Positions 9,858-21,300 of a stretch of 54,509 bases of DNA are shown piece after piece (position 1 is the stretch's first letter; each line of letters opens with the position of its first letter). The notes under the pieces were generated by a model. That model ran no database searches. It was not told the DNA's origin and saw only the letters and a list, made by a program, of their open reading frames with translations. The position numbers and the translations under genes are program-made. The stretch lies in contig NW_024705320.1 of the NCBI RefSeq assembly GCF_018977255.1, positions 1 to 54,509 of the forward strand, read 5' to 3'. The stretch comes from Callorhinchus milii (Eukaryota).

Positions 9858-9908
9858 TTCTCACGACGTTTCGGCCACAACGCAAGCAGCCGTCCCTCAG
9901 GTGGAGAA
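9858..9908 (-). ncRNA. Minimal type I hammerhead ribozyme motif (Penelope-associated), one extra G in the core
   Basis: The minus strand reads UUCUCCAC-CUGAGGGA-C-GGCUGC-uugcguu-GUGGCC-GAAA-CGUC-GUGAGAA. Stem I is UUCUC(C)AC/GUGAGAA, stem II is GGCUGC/GUGGCC, with a palindromic minimal stem III and a GUC cleavage triplet. Confidence 0.72.
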
Positions 9909-10009
9909 CAGGTCCGTCAAGTAGACAGAGTCTGAATGGCACGCTCCAGGCTTGGAGCGACTATTTATACTGGGATGGAGGAGCAAAGAGCGTCTTGACA
10001 AAATGATTT

Positions 10010-10960
10010 CATATCAAGAGTAATTTAGCATATTTATGGGAAATGCAGATATGCGATTAGCACTACTTGTGAAATGCGTAGGAGGTTTGGCGAGGGGTTT
10101 AAAGTCATTATGCCATGCATTATGCAGGATTAGCAGAATCAAAGGGACGGAGTAAGGTCAGAATTAATAAAGGGAAGGCATGTTAATAATATGGTGTCGC
10201 AGCAACTAATATGCTTATTGACTATACCTTGTCATATTATACTGTTTTATTCTACCCACTCAACTGTATAGCACACTGATATATATTCACTATAAAATTA
10301 CTATACTATATATTACCTTATACATTGTATTAAACATTACACTTTAATACTATTTATTATTATATAATATGTTATACACTATACCATAAACCGTCGCGTG
10401 AAAGGTACTAAGAGGAAGCACCGAATATGTCAATGGGAGAATGGTGATGGGAAACTTTCAGCGGAGCAAAGAATCCATTCCCTGCGGAGTGCATATCAAG
10501 AGGAATTTAGCATATTTATGGGAAATGCAGATATGCAATTAGGAGGATTGGCGAGGGGTTTAAAGTCATTATGCCCATGCATTATGCAGGATTATCAGTA
10601 TCAAAGGGAGGGAGTAAGGTTAGAATTAATAAAGGGAAAGAATGTTAATAATATGGCGCCGCAGCAACTAATATGTTTTTAGACTATACATTGTAATTTT
10701 ACACTATGTATTATTCTACCCACCCAACTGTATACCACACTGCTGTATATTCACCATACAAATACAATACTATATATACCTTATACATTGTATTAACATT
10801 ACACTTTAATACTGTTTATTATTATATAATATGCTATACACTATACCACTGACCGTCGCGTGAAAGGCAACCAAGAGGAAGCAACGAAATATGTCAATGG
10901 GAGTGGTGACAGGAAGCCCGCAGCGGAGCAAAGAACCCACTCCCCGCGGAGAATACAAGA
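10010..10960. repeat. Two diverged tandem copies of a ~483-bp unit in the Penelope 3' region
   Basis: ATATCAAGAG..AATTTAGCATATTTATGGGAAATGCAGATATGC at ~10011 and ~10494. The copies stay collinear through CCGTCGCGTGAAAGG (10391, 10853) and CAGCGGAGCAAAGAA. Confidence 0.9.
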
Positions 10961-11722
10961 TATATAGTCAATGTCAGCGAGTGGAACGCGGCCCGAAAGT
11001 CACCGTAAACGTGGACACAATCAGTTAAGATCCGAAATGGTTTATTACGTCCTTCCAATGATTGCTAAGCCGGAATCCATCTTCTCGGTTGAAATTGTCT
11101 CTGTGTTTGTATATGTGGATTGCCTCGTGAACGAATCTCTCATGGTAGCCAGATGGCTTGCAGAGAACCTCTGTCTTGGAGAAGTCAATATCATGTTAAC
11201 CCACTGAATGTAACAGTGATCTGCCACGGCTGAGGTGTTTGTCCTACCGTGTTTCAAGTCTGCTTAATGTTCACGGGTGCGGTCAGAGACATGTCGTTTG
11301 GTTTCTCCAATGTAACTGCTACCACACAGGCAACTTAGTTTGTAGACGCCAGGGTACTGTATGTCTGGAACCACATCTTTTACAGACGGGACCAGATCAC
11401 GGATTTATGTACTGTGTTGAATCGGACCTGGATCTTGTGTTTTATCAGGATTTGGAGATCTTTTTTGTGACCCCAGCAATGTAGGGTAAGGTGATGGTCT
11501 TGAGAGGCTCCTCAACAGGATCCTTCTTGATGGTTGGAGTGATGGCCTTGCGGATTGTGTAGTCGGGAGTAACCATTAGCCTTAAGAGCTTGGCGTACGT
11601 GTTTGAGTTCACTGGCAATGTGTTCCTGGTCGGAAATGCATTGGGCTCTATGGTATAGAGTCTTGATGAGGGAATTCTTCTGGGATGGATGGTGGTGGGA
11701 ATCCGATTTTAGATAAGCATCC

Positions 11723-11790
11723 GTGAAGTATGTATTGGTTAAGCAGTGTCCCCCCCTGGTGAGACACTGCTTAACCAATACATACTTCAC
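11723..11790. repeat. Perfect 28-bp inverted repeat (hairpin) with a 12-nt loop
   Basis: GTGAAGTATGTATTGGTTAAGCAGTGTC (11723-11750) pairs with GACACTGCTTAACCAATACATACTTCAC (11763-11790). Confidence 0.97.
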
Positions 11791-12287
11791 CTGGAATGGA
11801 ACTTTCTACAAGCAAACTGAGGGCACCCCAATGGGCTCCCCCTTATCTCCAGTTGTAGCCAACGTCTTCATGGAGAAATTTGAGACTGACGCCATCCAGA
11901 CTGCCACTCTACGCCCGACCTTATGGAAGAGGTACGTAGATGACACTTTTGTCATCTGGCCACATGGCCGGCCTGCTCTAGACCAATTTCTCGACCACAT
12001 CAATTCCATACACCCAGCCATCAGATTCACCATGGAAGTCGAAAAAGATGGCAAGCTACCCTTTTTGGATGTCCTAATTAAAAGGAGACCTGATGGTTCA
12101 ATGAGCCATTCTGTCTACAGGAAAGCCACCCATACGGATGCTTACCTAAAACCGGATTCCCACCACCATCCATCCCAGAAGAATTCCCTCATCAAGACTC
12201 TATACCATAGAGCCCAATGCATTTCCGACCAGGAACACATTGCCAGTGAACTCAAACACGATCCTGTTGAGGAGCCTCTCAAGACCA
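11757..12287 (+). mobile_element. Penelope-like element RT fragment, plus-strand copy
   Basis: CLTNTYFTWNGTFYKQTEGTPMGSPLSP, WKRYVDDTF (YVDD 11933-11944), LPFLDV, VYRKATHTDAYL..DSHHHP. Runs into the N gap. Confidence 0.93.
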
Positions 12288-12317
12288 NNNNNNNNNNNNN
12301 NNNNNNNNNNNNNNNNN
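12288..12317. other. Sequence gap (30 N)
   Basis: Run of 30 n characters. Confidence 1.
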
Positions 12318-15300
12318 TCATAACGGCGCTAAGGAAAATGCCCTCCCCACTCGCTCCCCTCTTACCGACATCTTTAACGATCAGGACGGAGTATTCAGTC
12401 GTACCCTAAGGCTGTTTAGCTGTACGCATGGTTATGCCTGTCAGATCAAACACTAATCCCTAGTACATTGCCCGATCACTTAGCTGAACTAAGCTCATCA
12501 TTAAAGCTACTATCATAAATTTGAGTAAAGCCAGGAAATTGCGTGTTGCTCCATGTATCTCATTATGCTACCGGGCTATATTTCAATATTTAACAGCGAG
12601 CCAACTCATTGAAGGAGGGAAACCTGGTGCTGGACAAAGGCCTCGTCCATTGTCTAAAATCGAACTGACAAGCCAACGTGTGCCACCCCTGTGCGGTCCA
12701 TTGGTCACTATACTTAATAACCATGAGATCAGAACCTATATGTGGCGAGGAGACATAGCTTATAACCTTGAATGCTAGTTTGAACGCGTACCCGAACAAT
12801 ATACCGCCTCGTTTACCATGAGAGAAGGACAACCTGGCCGAAACGTTCGGAGAGTATAAGACAGGATAACAGCATGAACTGATCTAGTTTTAAGTGGTTC
12901 ACGACTTCATGTTAGTGAACTAACTTGCCGATTCAACGGATGATGCGCAACATCTTAAACCTGCCGACAAAGAACTGCCTCATTGGTTGCTCAAGTCGTG
13001 TTGATGGTCTGACATGCATGGACTACCGCCAACATAGGTCTATCTTAGGGTACAATTTTGTTCTAGGAGGAGAGACCGAGATGGAAAACGTTTACATTAC
13101 CGAAACTTTAATAAGGCGATTGGGCGAGTGCCCGACGCGCCAGACCCCGTTGAAAAAGAGAGTTAAGGGGCCCGTAGCCTATCCCGTACCCTGTATCCAT
13201 CTATAGTTTTCGGCGGTTTTATGCTTCTCTTTCATGGGTCGCAGTCACAGGCATCCACACTGAGTAGCGATTTTTGACGGATGTCCGTCGTAGCGTATGT
13301 ACCCGAGTAGGCGCATCTGTTAGAACGCACTAAAGTCTTGATCTATGATAGTCCCGGAGTTATCACAACACACGTAAAAACTAGACGCGTGGTGGGGAGA
13401 CCGAGTACATCACATCGCGCTGCACTCTGTGTTTAATGAGAGTACATTTTCATCCGATAAATGTGAACTACATAAGCCGGAGAAAGGTTTCCGCATATAT
13501 CTGGCTACACTTTAGGAGCTTGTATAACCTTACTTTGGTCGTCCTTACACAGCTGACGCAGTGTCCACTATTCCATGGGGATAGACCGTCTTCAACGGTT
13601 CTCCTGTCGTTTCAGCCCGTCTAAAGGAACGAAAAGCGCCTTTTAAGTGTGAAAGCTTTGTCTTAAGCGCTTCTTAGACCGTGTGGTTCAAGTCACTGAT
13701 TCATCGATGGTAGAAGCTTGCCGAGTTCCAAGTGTCAGACATCCTCACCCATCCATTGCCGATAGTACTCTAGTGAGAGGCACCACTAGTGCTCGTGTGA
13801 ACATGATGTAAAAAAGTTAAGCGAGTTCCCTTAGTACGGTCGCATATTCTCGTTGCGGTATATGGAGGCGGCAGTCTTATAGAGATTCTTAACTGAGCTG
13901 AGCTATGGAGACGCCTGTCCGCTGCCACCCATTGGCTCTCGACTGGTATATGATATTTTAAACTTATTTCTATAGGATCCGAATCCGGCCTCTCTCGCAA
14001 AACCAGATGTTCATTACTAAATCCAGAGTTAAGGTCCCCTTATTGGGTTCCCAAAATAGCGGAAAGTGAGAACTAGGACGTTCAGGGGATCTTACTCGGT
14101 GTTCCCTCGCGAGTACGAATTTTCGACTTCTACACCTTGCGGACTACGGCCATGTCAGTATTTTCGACAAGGTTGACCACAAAATCGGCGGTTATTCAAA
14201 ATATTAGACTTTAGAACTACTAAGTCTTATGGGCATGGGAGACAATCCATAGACGTTGGTGAAATTGGCCCTACTGGTCATACCTTGGGGGAAGGTTTCC
14301 TGTACCAAGGCATTTTGTTATAGGAGGGAGCGCTTGCACGATTTTTAGAACGCGGAACCTGTGGAAGCCATCGGGTGTCTGGTGATTGATTGGTGTGAAA
14401 GGATAATACTACATGCTACACAGCCCGTGCTTCAGTTATAGTTCAATACTCAAACGTTAGGAGAATCTCTGGAATATAAGTTTTAACGATCTAACCCATC
14501 AAAGGTTTGGCTCTAGGGGTATTGCTCTAGACGGATGGCTCAAAAGTATACGGTAGTGACGCGGCTCCGCAAGGGGAAAGTAACCACAGTCACTGAACAG
14601 CATGATGTCATACAGTGGACCGGGACTATATTTCACGCCTTGGCGCTCGCTAGCTTTGCAATAGCCACCGTGCTATTACGAGCAGTCCCGTATACGGGCC
14701 TAGTTTGACTAGCGCCTTTGATGTAGTAGCTCCAGTGCGCCCACGTAACAGTATCGTCGTCGATGGAGATAGCGTGTATGAGACCGGCTGTAGGGAGCCC
14801 TTTACACTCGTACCAGCCCGTATAGTGACACTGCACCCGCGTGTCGGGGAACCGACGTGTTGCTCACTTACAATCATGGTCCCGCGATGCTCGCGTTTGT
14901 GGGGAGTTATCAGCCATTGGAACATTGATTGGCTTGATAACAGAAAGGGCTCGCGGTCACAGAGACGTACTTAATCGTAGATCACGCTCAAATCCGGAAT
15001 TGACTTGTCCGTTTGGTGTAGAGTCCAAGCGACAGCCGCGTGCGTTATTGGGAGCTAGGGCAGTAGTATGCTGCCTTTATCACATTGCGATCTCGAAGTG
15101 TGACTGCCGCTGAATATGGGAGGTCCACGTGCTACTCATATTACCTTTCGATTGTACGTATAATCAGGGGGTGAATCGAAGTAGCTATTGGTGCGTCATG
15201 TCCGAGCCTGTGATTGGAGGCTATCTAATCGTTAATGGCGGCACCAAACATTCAACAGACTGGAGACGGGAAGCGTTATCGTCCACGCGCACGGACAGTT

Positions 15301-18300
15301 ATGCACGCAACCGCGGAAAAATGGCAGCGAAGGGAAGTTGCCATGGCACTTGCCGCAGGCCATTCTCGACAACAACAGCGACTAATCCATAGACGCTTGA
15401 GCATGCAGAGCAAAGTCGTTCTAGCGCTAGTCACTAGTTAAGCACGCAGTTCGATACGAGTAGTGACCCAAAATAGGCAATTCCACATTCCCATGACAAT
15501 GAGGGATACTCGCCCAAATACGAGGTTCTCCGGTGGTTTTGGTGCGTCTCAAGGTCCAAGTTGTACTGCTTCTGTGGATCAGCGGACTGGGCGGCACTTT
15601 GACTAACAGTAGATAACGTGGCAGGTTCAGTAAACGATAGAACTTACAATTGGATGCTGGTGTAGCATCCCCCGAAATGGATCGGCTGGGTAGAAGGCAT
15701 AAGGATGAACCTTTAACAGTGGAGGGCATAGCAATGCGGAGAAGGATGGGGTAGTACCTAGCCAAATCCACGGTACATGAGAGAGATACACCACCAGAAG
15801 TTAGGGAGTGTTTACGTTCAGTTTATGGATGCGGCTCCGACTCGCCCTAATATTCGTTCTGATACTCGGCTGTAGTTTAACGTGGATGGGGAGGAGGAAG
15901 CAAAAAGTGGTCTACACTAGCGGTAAGCATACCACATTGTTGGTGTAAAGTCGCTTGACTTCCGAGCGCATATAGCCATCTCCGTGTCAGTGTTTGCAAT
16001 GCGCGTAGGGTCACTATCTTCAGGAGACGATAATTACCCAAGAAGCTACATACTAAATCCGCCACGGTTAACACACGCCTAAGGGTCAACGAGGTCTTCC
16101 AGGAGACATCGGGCGCCCTCGAAGCTCCGCATAAGATAGATGCTCCTAATTCTGATAGAAGCTGTGGGTTCCGCCGGAGGGCGGAAGGTGTCGGAGTCGG
16201 ATCCATGTCAATTGGGTCACTACTAGAAGAGTAGCGTAGCGGTTGTGGCGTAACCCAAGATGGATCTGACTAAGAACAAGAGCGTACTCTGTGAACCTGA
16301 GTGCGATGTTGACCGCGTGATGTGCCTTGCCTCGTAGACGCGTGCGGGGGACTCACTGTTCTGATGCGAGCCTAGGTCAAAAGCTAACCGCCCCCGCACC
16401 AGGCATGTAGTCCTGCCGGAAGATCCCTGTATAAAGAGAGGAGTTTTGCTCAACCCACGGCGCCGTCCGGCAGCAGACTTAGTTGCATGAACCCGACGCA
16501 ATTTGCTTGTAAGCGAACAGCGCAGGATTTGTGCGTTCATTGCGCGGAGCTCATAAGCGACGCGACGGGGTTCCCATTAGTTTTTTCATTCACTTTTTCA
16601 TGCCCCGTAAGGCTGCACACTACGGCTTTAAGTCGTATCGAACCCGCTCGACAACGCTCCGTGCGACGTGTGTGCCTTTCAGTAAACGCCGGATCTGGAA
16701 CGACCCATCCGATTCGTCAGTTCAAAGACATGCACGAACGTAAAAAAGCGAAAATGACAACCCGTTCCGAAGAGTCTACGAACCCAACTCAGGGAGTCCG
16801 TAAAATTGACGTTAACTTAGACCTGCTTTACGAGGTAGTGTAGGGCTGATGTATCAGCTGCTCAGAGCGAAGAGGTCAGTTTTGATGACCTAATATCCGG
16901 ACACACAGCTACCTCGGGCACGCCCGAGGTTTCAGGAAAGATTAGCGTTTTCTAGGGCGTCACAACAAAGGACAAGTGGTTGGTAGGCAGGGACGATCCC
17001 GTTAACTTATACTCTGATCGATACATGCGATAAAACTGCAGAAACAACCCCTCACTGTACATTCCGAGTCGTTAGTCTTATGATTTAAGCACCGATACCC
17101 TAGATTCGACTTTCCATATTCATTGCCCTAAGAGGCGTAGCGGAGTAACCTATCACCGACAGTCCTAAGTCTCATGTACGGGAACGGGCTTATCCAATGA
17201 ACGAGGTTTGATCTGATTCCAAGGATGCCATCAGGGCACTCGATACAACTTAGTAACTTCTATTACTACGCTTACTTCGTCACATGAGGGTACGGATTAG
17301 GAGGTTGCTAAGAGCCTTACATCTGGGATATTGGGGCTACATTCAGTCTGGAGACGAACACGCAGTTTACAGGGAAGTCGCGCTCCACGGCATCGGGTCG
17401 CCACACAGGATGGACGGACGCTAAGCCGTGGCACCGCCGACAACAGTTACCTGGGCAGCAGAACGTTTCCTGCAGATTTGAAGCTGCCGTGTGTGTAAAT
17501 AATTGCTTGTACCTACATAGGGTGACTCGCTTAGCTGTCACTTGCGGCGGCGTCGTATCCCGTTCAAACTGTTTGCCTTAGAAGCTTTAGCATTCAGGGA
17601 CTTTACTTACAAGTATTCTCTTGAGATGGATATCGTGGGGAGGCTCGCGGGTCTTCAAAGGAACTGAGCGACCGCGGGGAAATTTACTTCACAGATTAGT
17701 TGGACTGAGTCCGACTGCCTTGAATGAAGATGTTAATCATAGCTCTTGATTATAACACCGAATGTAGGGGGAATTTTTTTTTTAACGTGGTCGATCAAGT
17801 ATCACATAGTGAAGGCAAGAATGAACGCTTAGAATTTGGTGCGTCATACAAGGGGTAATGACGCATTTGATACGCATCCGAATGGGGCTGCGCCGAAAGA
17901 AAGGTGTCAAACCGTCTAGCGTAGAGCCGAAACGATATTGTCCCCTAACGAGTTATGAATGAGTTTCCCCTAGAGACAAACTCCAAAGCAAACGGCGCAG
18001 TTCGCCAATGTCGGTCTAAAGACTGCTCACGGGATTTAAAAAATCGGGGTCAGGTCGAGAGCAACCACACTGGTGGCATGCAGATATTCTTCTGCCTTTT
18101 AGGGTGACCAGCCTCAACTGCTCCCTGCCCCTTCATAGACACGTCATATCTTTTGCTTGGACAATGTTGTGGGCCAGCCATGAAGGCTTCCAACATCTGA
18201 GTGGGTCGAGGAGAAGTGTCCGGCAATGTAGACCCTACTTGTTGATCCGAATAGGCTCTAGCCGTACTTGCGTGTTACTGCATCCGTACAATATCCTTCA

Positions 18301-21300
18301 CCCACCTTAAAACTCTCGATATGCATGAACGGCGGATAATTACCAGAAAGAAAGCCGGAAATACCACTGCTGGGGGGAACGTATCGGATGAAACATCTTC
18401 ACGCCGTTCACAAGGGCGATCATGTTAAAGCGGAGTGGACCCGTCGAGAGTTGCTTTCACGAGGCGGAGTCTGACGTACTGCGCCATAGTATGCAATACT
18501 AGTGGAACCCCAAGCTCTATACTTGAGAATTCGACGAACAACACGTGGATTTCACGTTATGCGACGCATAAACATCTGAATATATAGTTGAATTCATGAG
18601 CAGCTTCATGCACATACAATAGGACTATCGTAGGTGCGACTAGCGCTCCTTATGATTTCTGCTCGAGCGCAATAGGCATATAACTATCCGATGTGTAGCA
18701 AAATTCTACTAATATGCGAGTAGTGCCACTAGAAAAAGAACCGCACTCACCGAGTCTGTATTTATTGGTACTGACATTTTGATTAGGCGTCTAGCGCTGG
18801 AAGAACATTTCATTAAAACATATAATCTCTATTACTCGAGGTTCTACCCGTAATGGGTGTCTGTCATCGCGGGAGTAGGCGTCAGCGAGGGTAATTATCT
18901 GGATCGTCACTACGCGTGACCGGGCGCCCCTGGATATGCTGGGGGTGCGAGGGTGAGCTGCTTGTTCTATGTCCGTACCGGAGCCGTCGCAGCCAGTACC
19001 AGAATAGAGTTAGCTGAAGCTGCGTTAATCACGACGATCGAGACGGCACCGACTGAGTATTGGGTCCCTGCAAGTGACTAACGAGGACCGGGAAAACAAT
19101 GCCCGACATGGTCGCACGGTAGAAAGTGCGTGAAACAGTTGAGCCAATAATCGGGAATCGAGTCAATGAAAACGCCATCACAACCCGGGGAAATCTTCCG
19201 TCTTAATAGACAGGAAACCCCTTCTAGGAGGGTTGACACCGTTGGATATGATATGTGAGCCAATGGGTGCCGGTGTCTTAGCGGCGTTATTAATCTATAC
19301 CTGCGCCCCTGACTTTTCATAGCTTTCACACCAGACACTAGGTGCTTGACCTCCTAGCTACCTTTGCCAATGCGGGGCGTGATATAGTCGTACAATTGCA
19401 ACTTACTGTCGACTAAGCAAAAGGAGATTTAGGGAGCAAAGAGAAAAATCTTCTGTTCCCAGTGATAGTGGAGTGTGATTCAGCGTGATGGAAGGCTCCA
19501 GACCCTAGTGGACAGTGGCAGCTCTAGCCACGCGACACGGGGTTCTAGCGAATCGAACCATCCATCTCCGACTATTTTTCGCTCGTAAGTTCTATTTCGG
19601 CTGGTTGACATCTAGCTGTGCATTGGTGTACGCCTAAAGTCCAACAAGTGCCGCGGCTGCACCGTTGCCTACCCCAGCGACGACGACATTTCCCGCGCTT
19701 ATGTTAAGTGCATCCTCATAGCTCGGAGGGATCACAGCGGAGCGACAGCTGATGATGCTACACGTTCTCGTATGCTGGTTTGTCCAGCTTATCGCAAAAA
19801 GAACATCAGGAGTTAGGACACATTCGATCGCCACGAAGTTTAAATCCTTAAAGGGTGGATCGTTGTGTCGTAAATAAAGCTAGTTTTACGTCACATCCTG
19901 TATGACCATGCTCTACGAGGGAGTCTCGACGATGAGAGCTTCAAGCAATGGTTTCCGGGTTGAGCATGCGATTTGCCTTTACGATGACCGCGACCGCGAA
20001 GTCGACCAGGGGTCCGACCCTGTGAACCACCTGATAACACGTTCGTCTCTTCCACATGACCTCGTTTAGGCGTAAGATACGCTGGGGTTTTCCCAAATGT
20101 AGGTCCTTCCATTTACGAACAGCGCCGGTATTACCTCTTGGGCGACGGATGCGGGAACTCACTGCAATCCTTTAGGTATCGGGACCCAACCCATGCATAA
20201 ATTCTACTAAGGGTAATAAGTCGCGTATGTGTCATGGGTAGGAGGCATAGCCAACCTGCCCCGCATTCTCTCAGGACCAGCCCGGTCTTACTCTGACTGT
20301 CGCAAATGACGACATGACCAACGGACTAAATGATGCGTTCGGGCAGGGGGTGCCAAACTTGCCAGGACCGTTAATCTGCATGCAGCTTTGAGCGAAAAAC
20401 CAGTAAACTCTTAGGGAAAAGACGATGCACGCGGGCGCGTAATGTGGTTGCTAATACAGTATCATTCAATTTGTCTATCGATGGCAAGCCCGGATAACCC
20501 GAATGTTGTCTTAAAGCCTGGAACTTCCGGTCCCTGACTTCATTACGCAGAGTCCTAGCGCAATGCATACTTGTGATGGGTCTTAGTCCCAGGATTCTGA
20601 TCGAGAGTGCCCGCAGGCAATTCTAATTGCACTCTTCTCCGATGTAGGAATAAACACTTTCTTCCTCAGATCTCGGTCGTTAAAGGTAACTCGTCAGGAT
20701 TAGTGCTTGAATCACGCCGTCCACTACACTCTCCCACTAACAATTGGGTGTTTTTTGGGGCTGGGAATGCACGCTTGAGTCGGAGTAACACGTTTTAGTC
20801 GCAGCCTAGAGGCACAATGTCACCATAAAACAATTAGTTTTCCGAAAGCTGGATCCGGTCAGCCCGACTCCCTGGTCAAAAAATGGGTATATCGTCTCAA
20901 TCAACGGTGTGGCTGGGGGGTATAGGTGTGATCTCACATGCATAGTGGCTTTGTTTTGCTGACGGTAATTTATTGGTCGTACCTAGGTTGTGAAGCCACT
21001 TTCCGACATGTACTACTTTTCAACGATCTAAAAACGACCGCCAGAAACACTAGGTACCGAAGCCGTTCCATTAATAGTTCATTGCCCGAAACCGAATCGA
21101 ATGGATTCATGCTCGCAGGATAACAGAGTAAAGTGAGCATTGACTTCCCTCACTAGAGGCACCGTGCTCGATAGGAATTTCTTTAGCTAGGAGGGTGACT
21201 CTGGAAGGCCGCCAATATGGCAGTCCGCGCTATCTTTCTGGGCTCGGACTTCACAACAGTCGCGTAGGGGGATAAAATTCACAGCAGATCGTAGGTGAAA

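Larger units (their letters stand above)
9781..11750 (-). mobile_element. Penelope-like element, minus-strand copy: RT C-terminus, GIY-YIG endonuclease and 3' region/pseudo-LTR; degenerate
   Basis: The minus strand reads DAYLKSDSHHHPSQKNSLIKTLYHRA, then PGVYKLSCLCGSSYIGETKR..R..EH (GVY 11350-11342, YIG 11314-11306), then SAVADH. A hammerhead motif lies near the 3' end. Confidence 0.9.
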
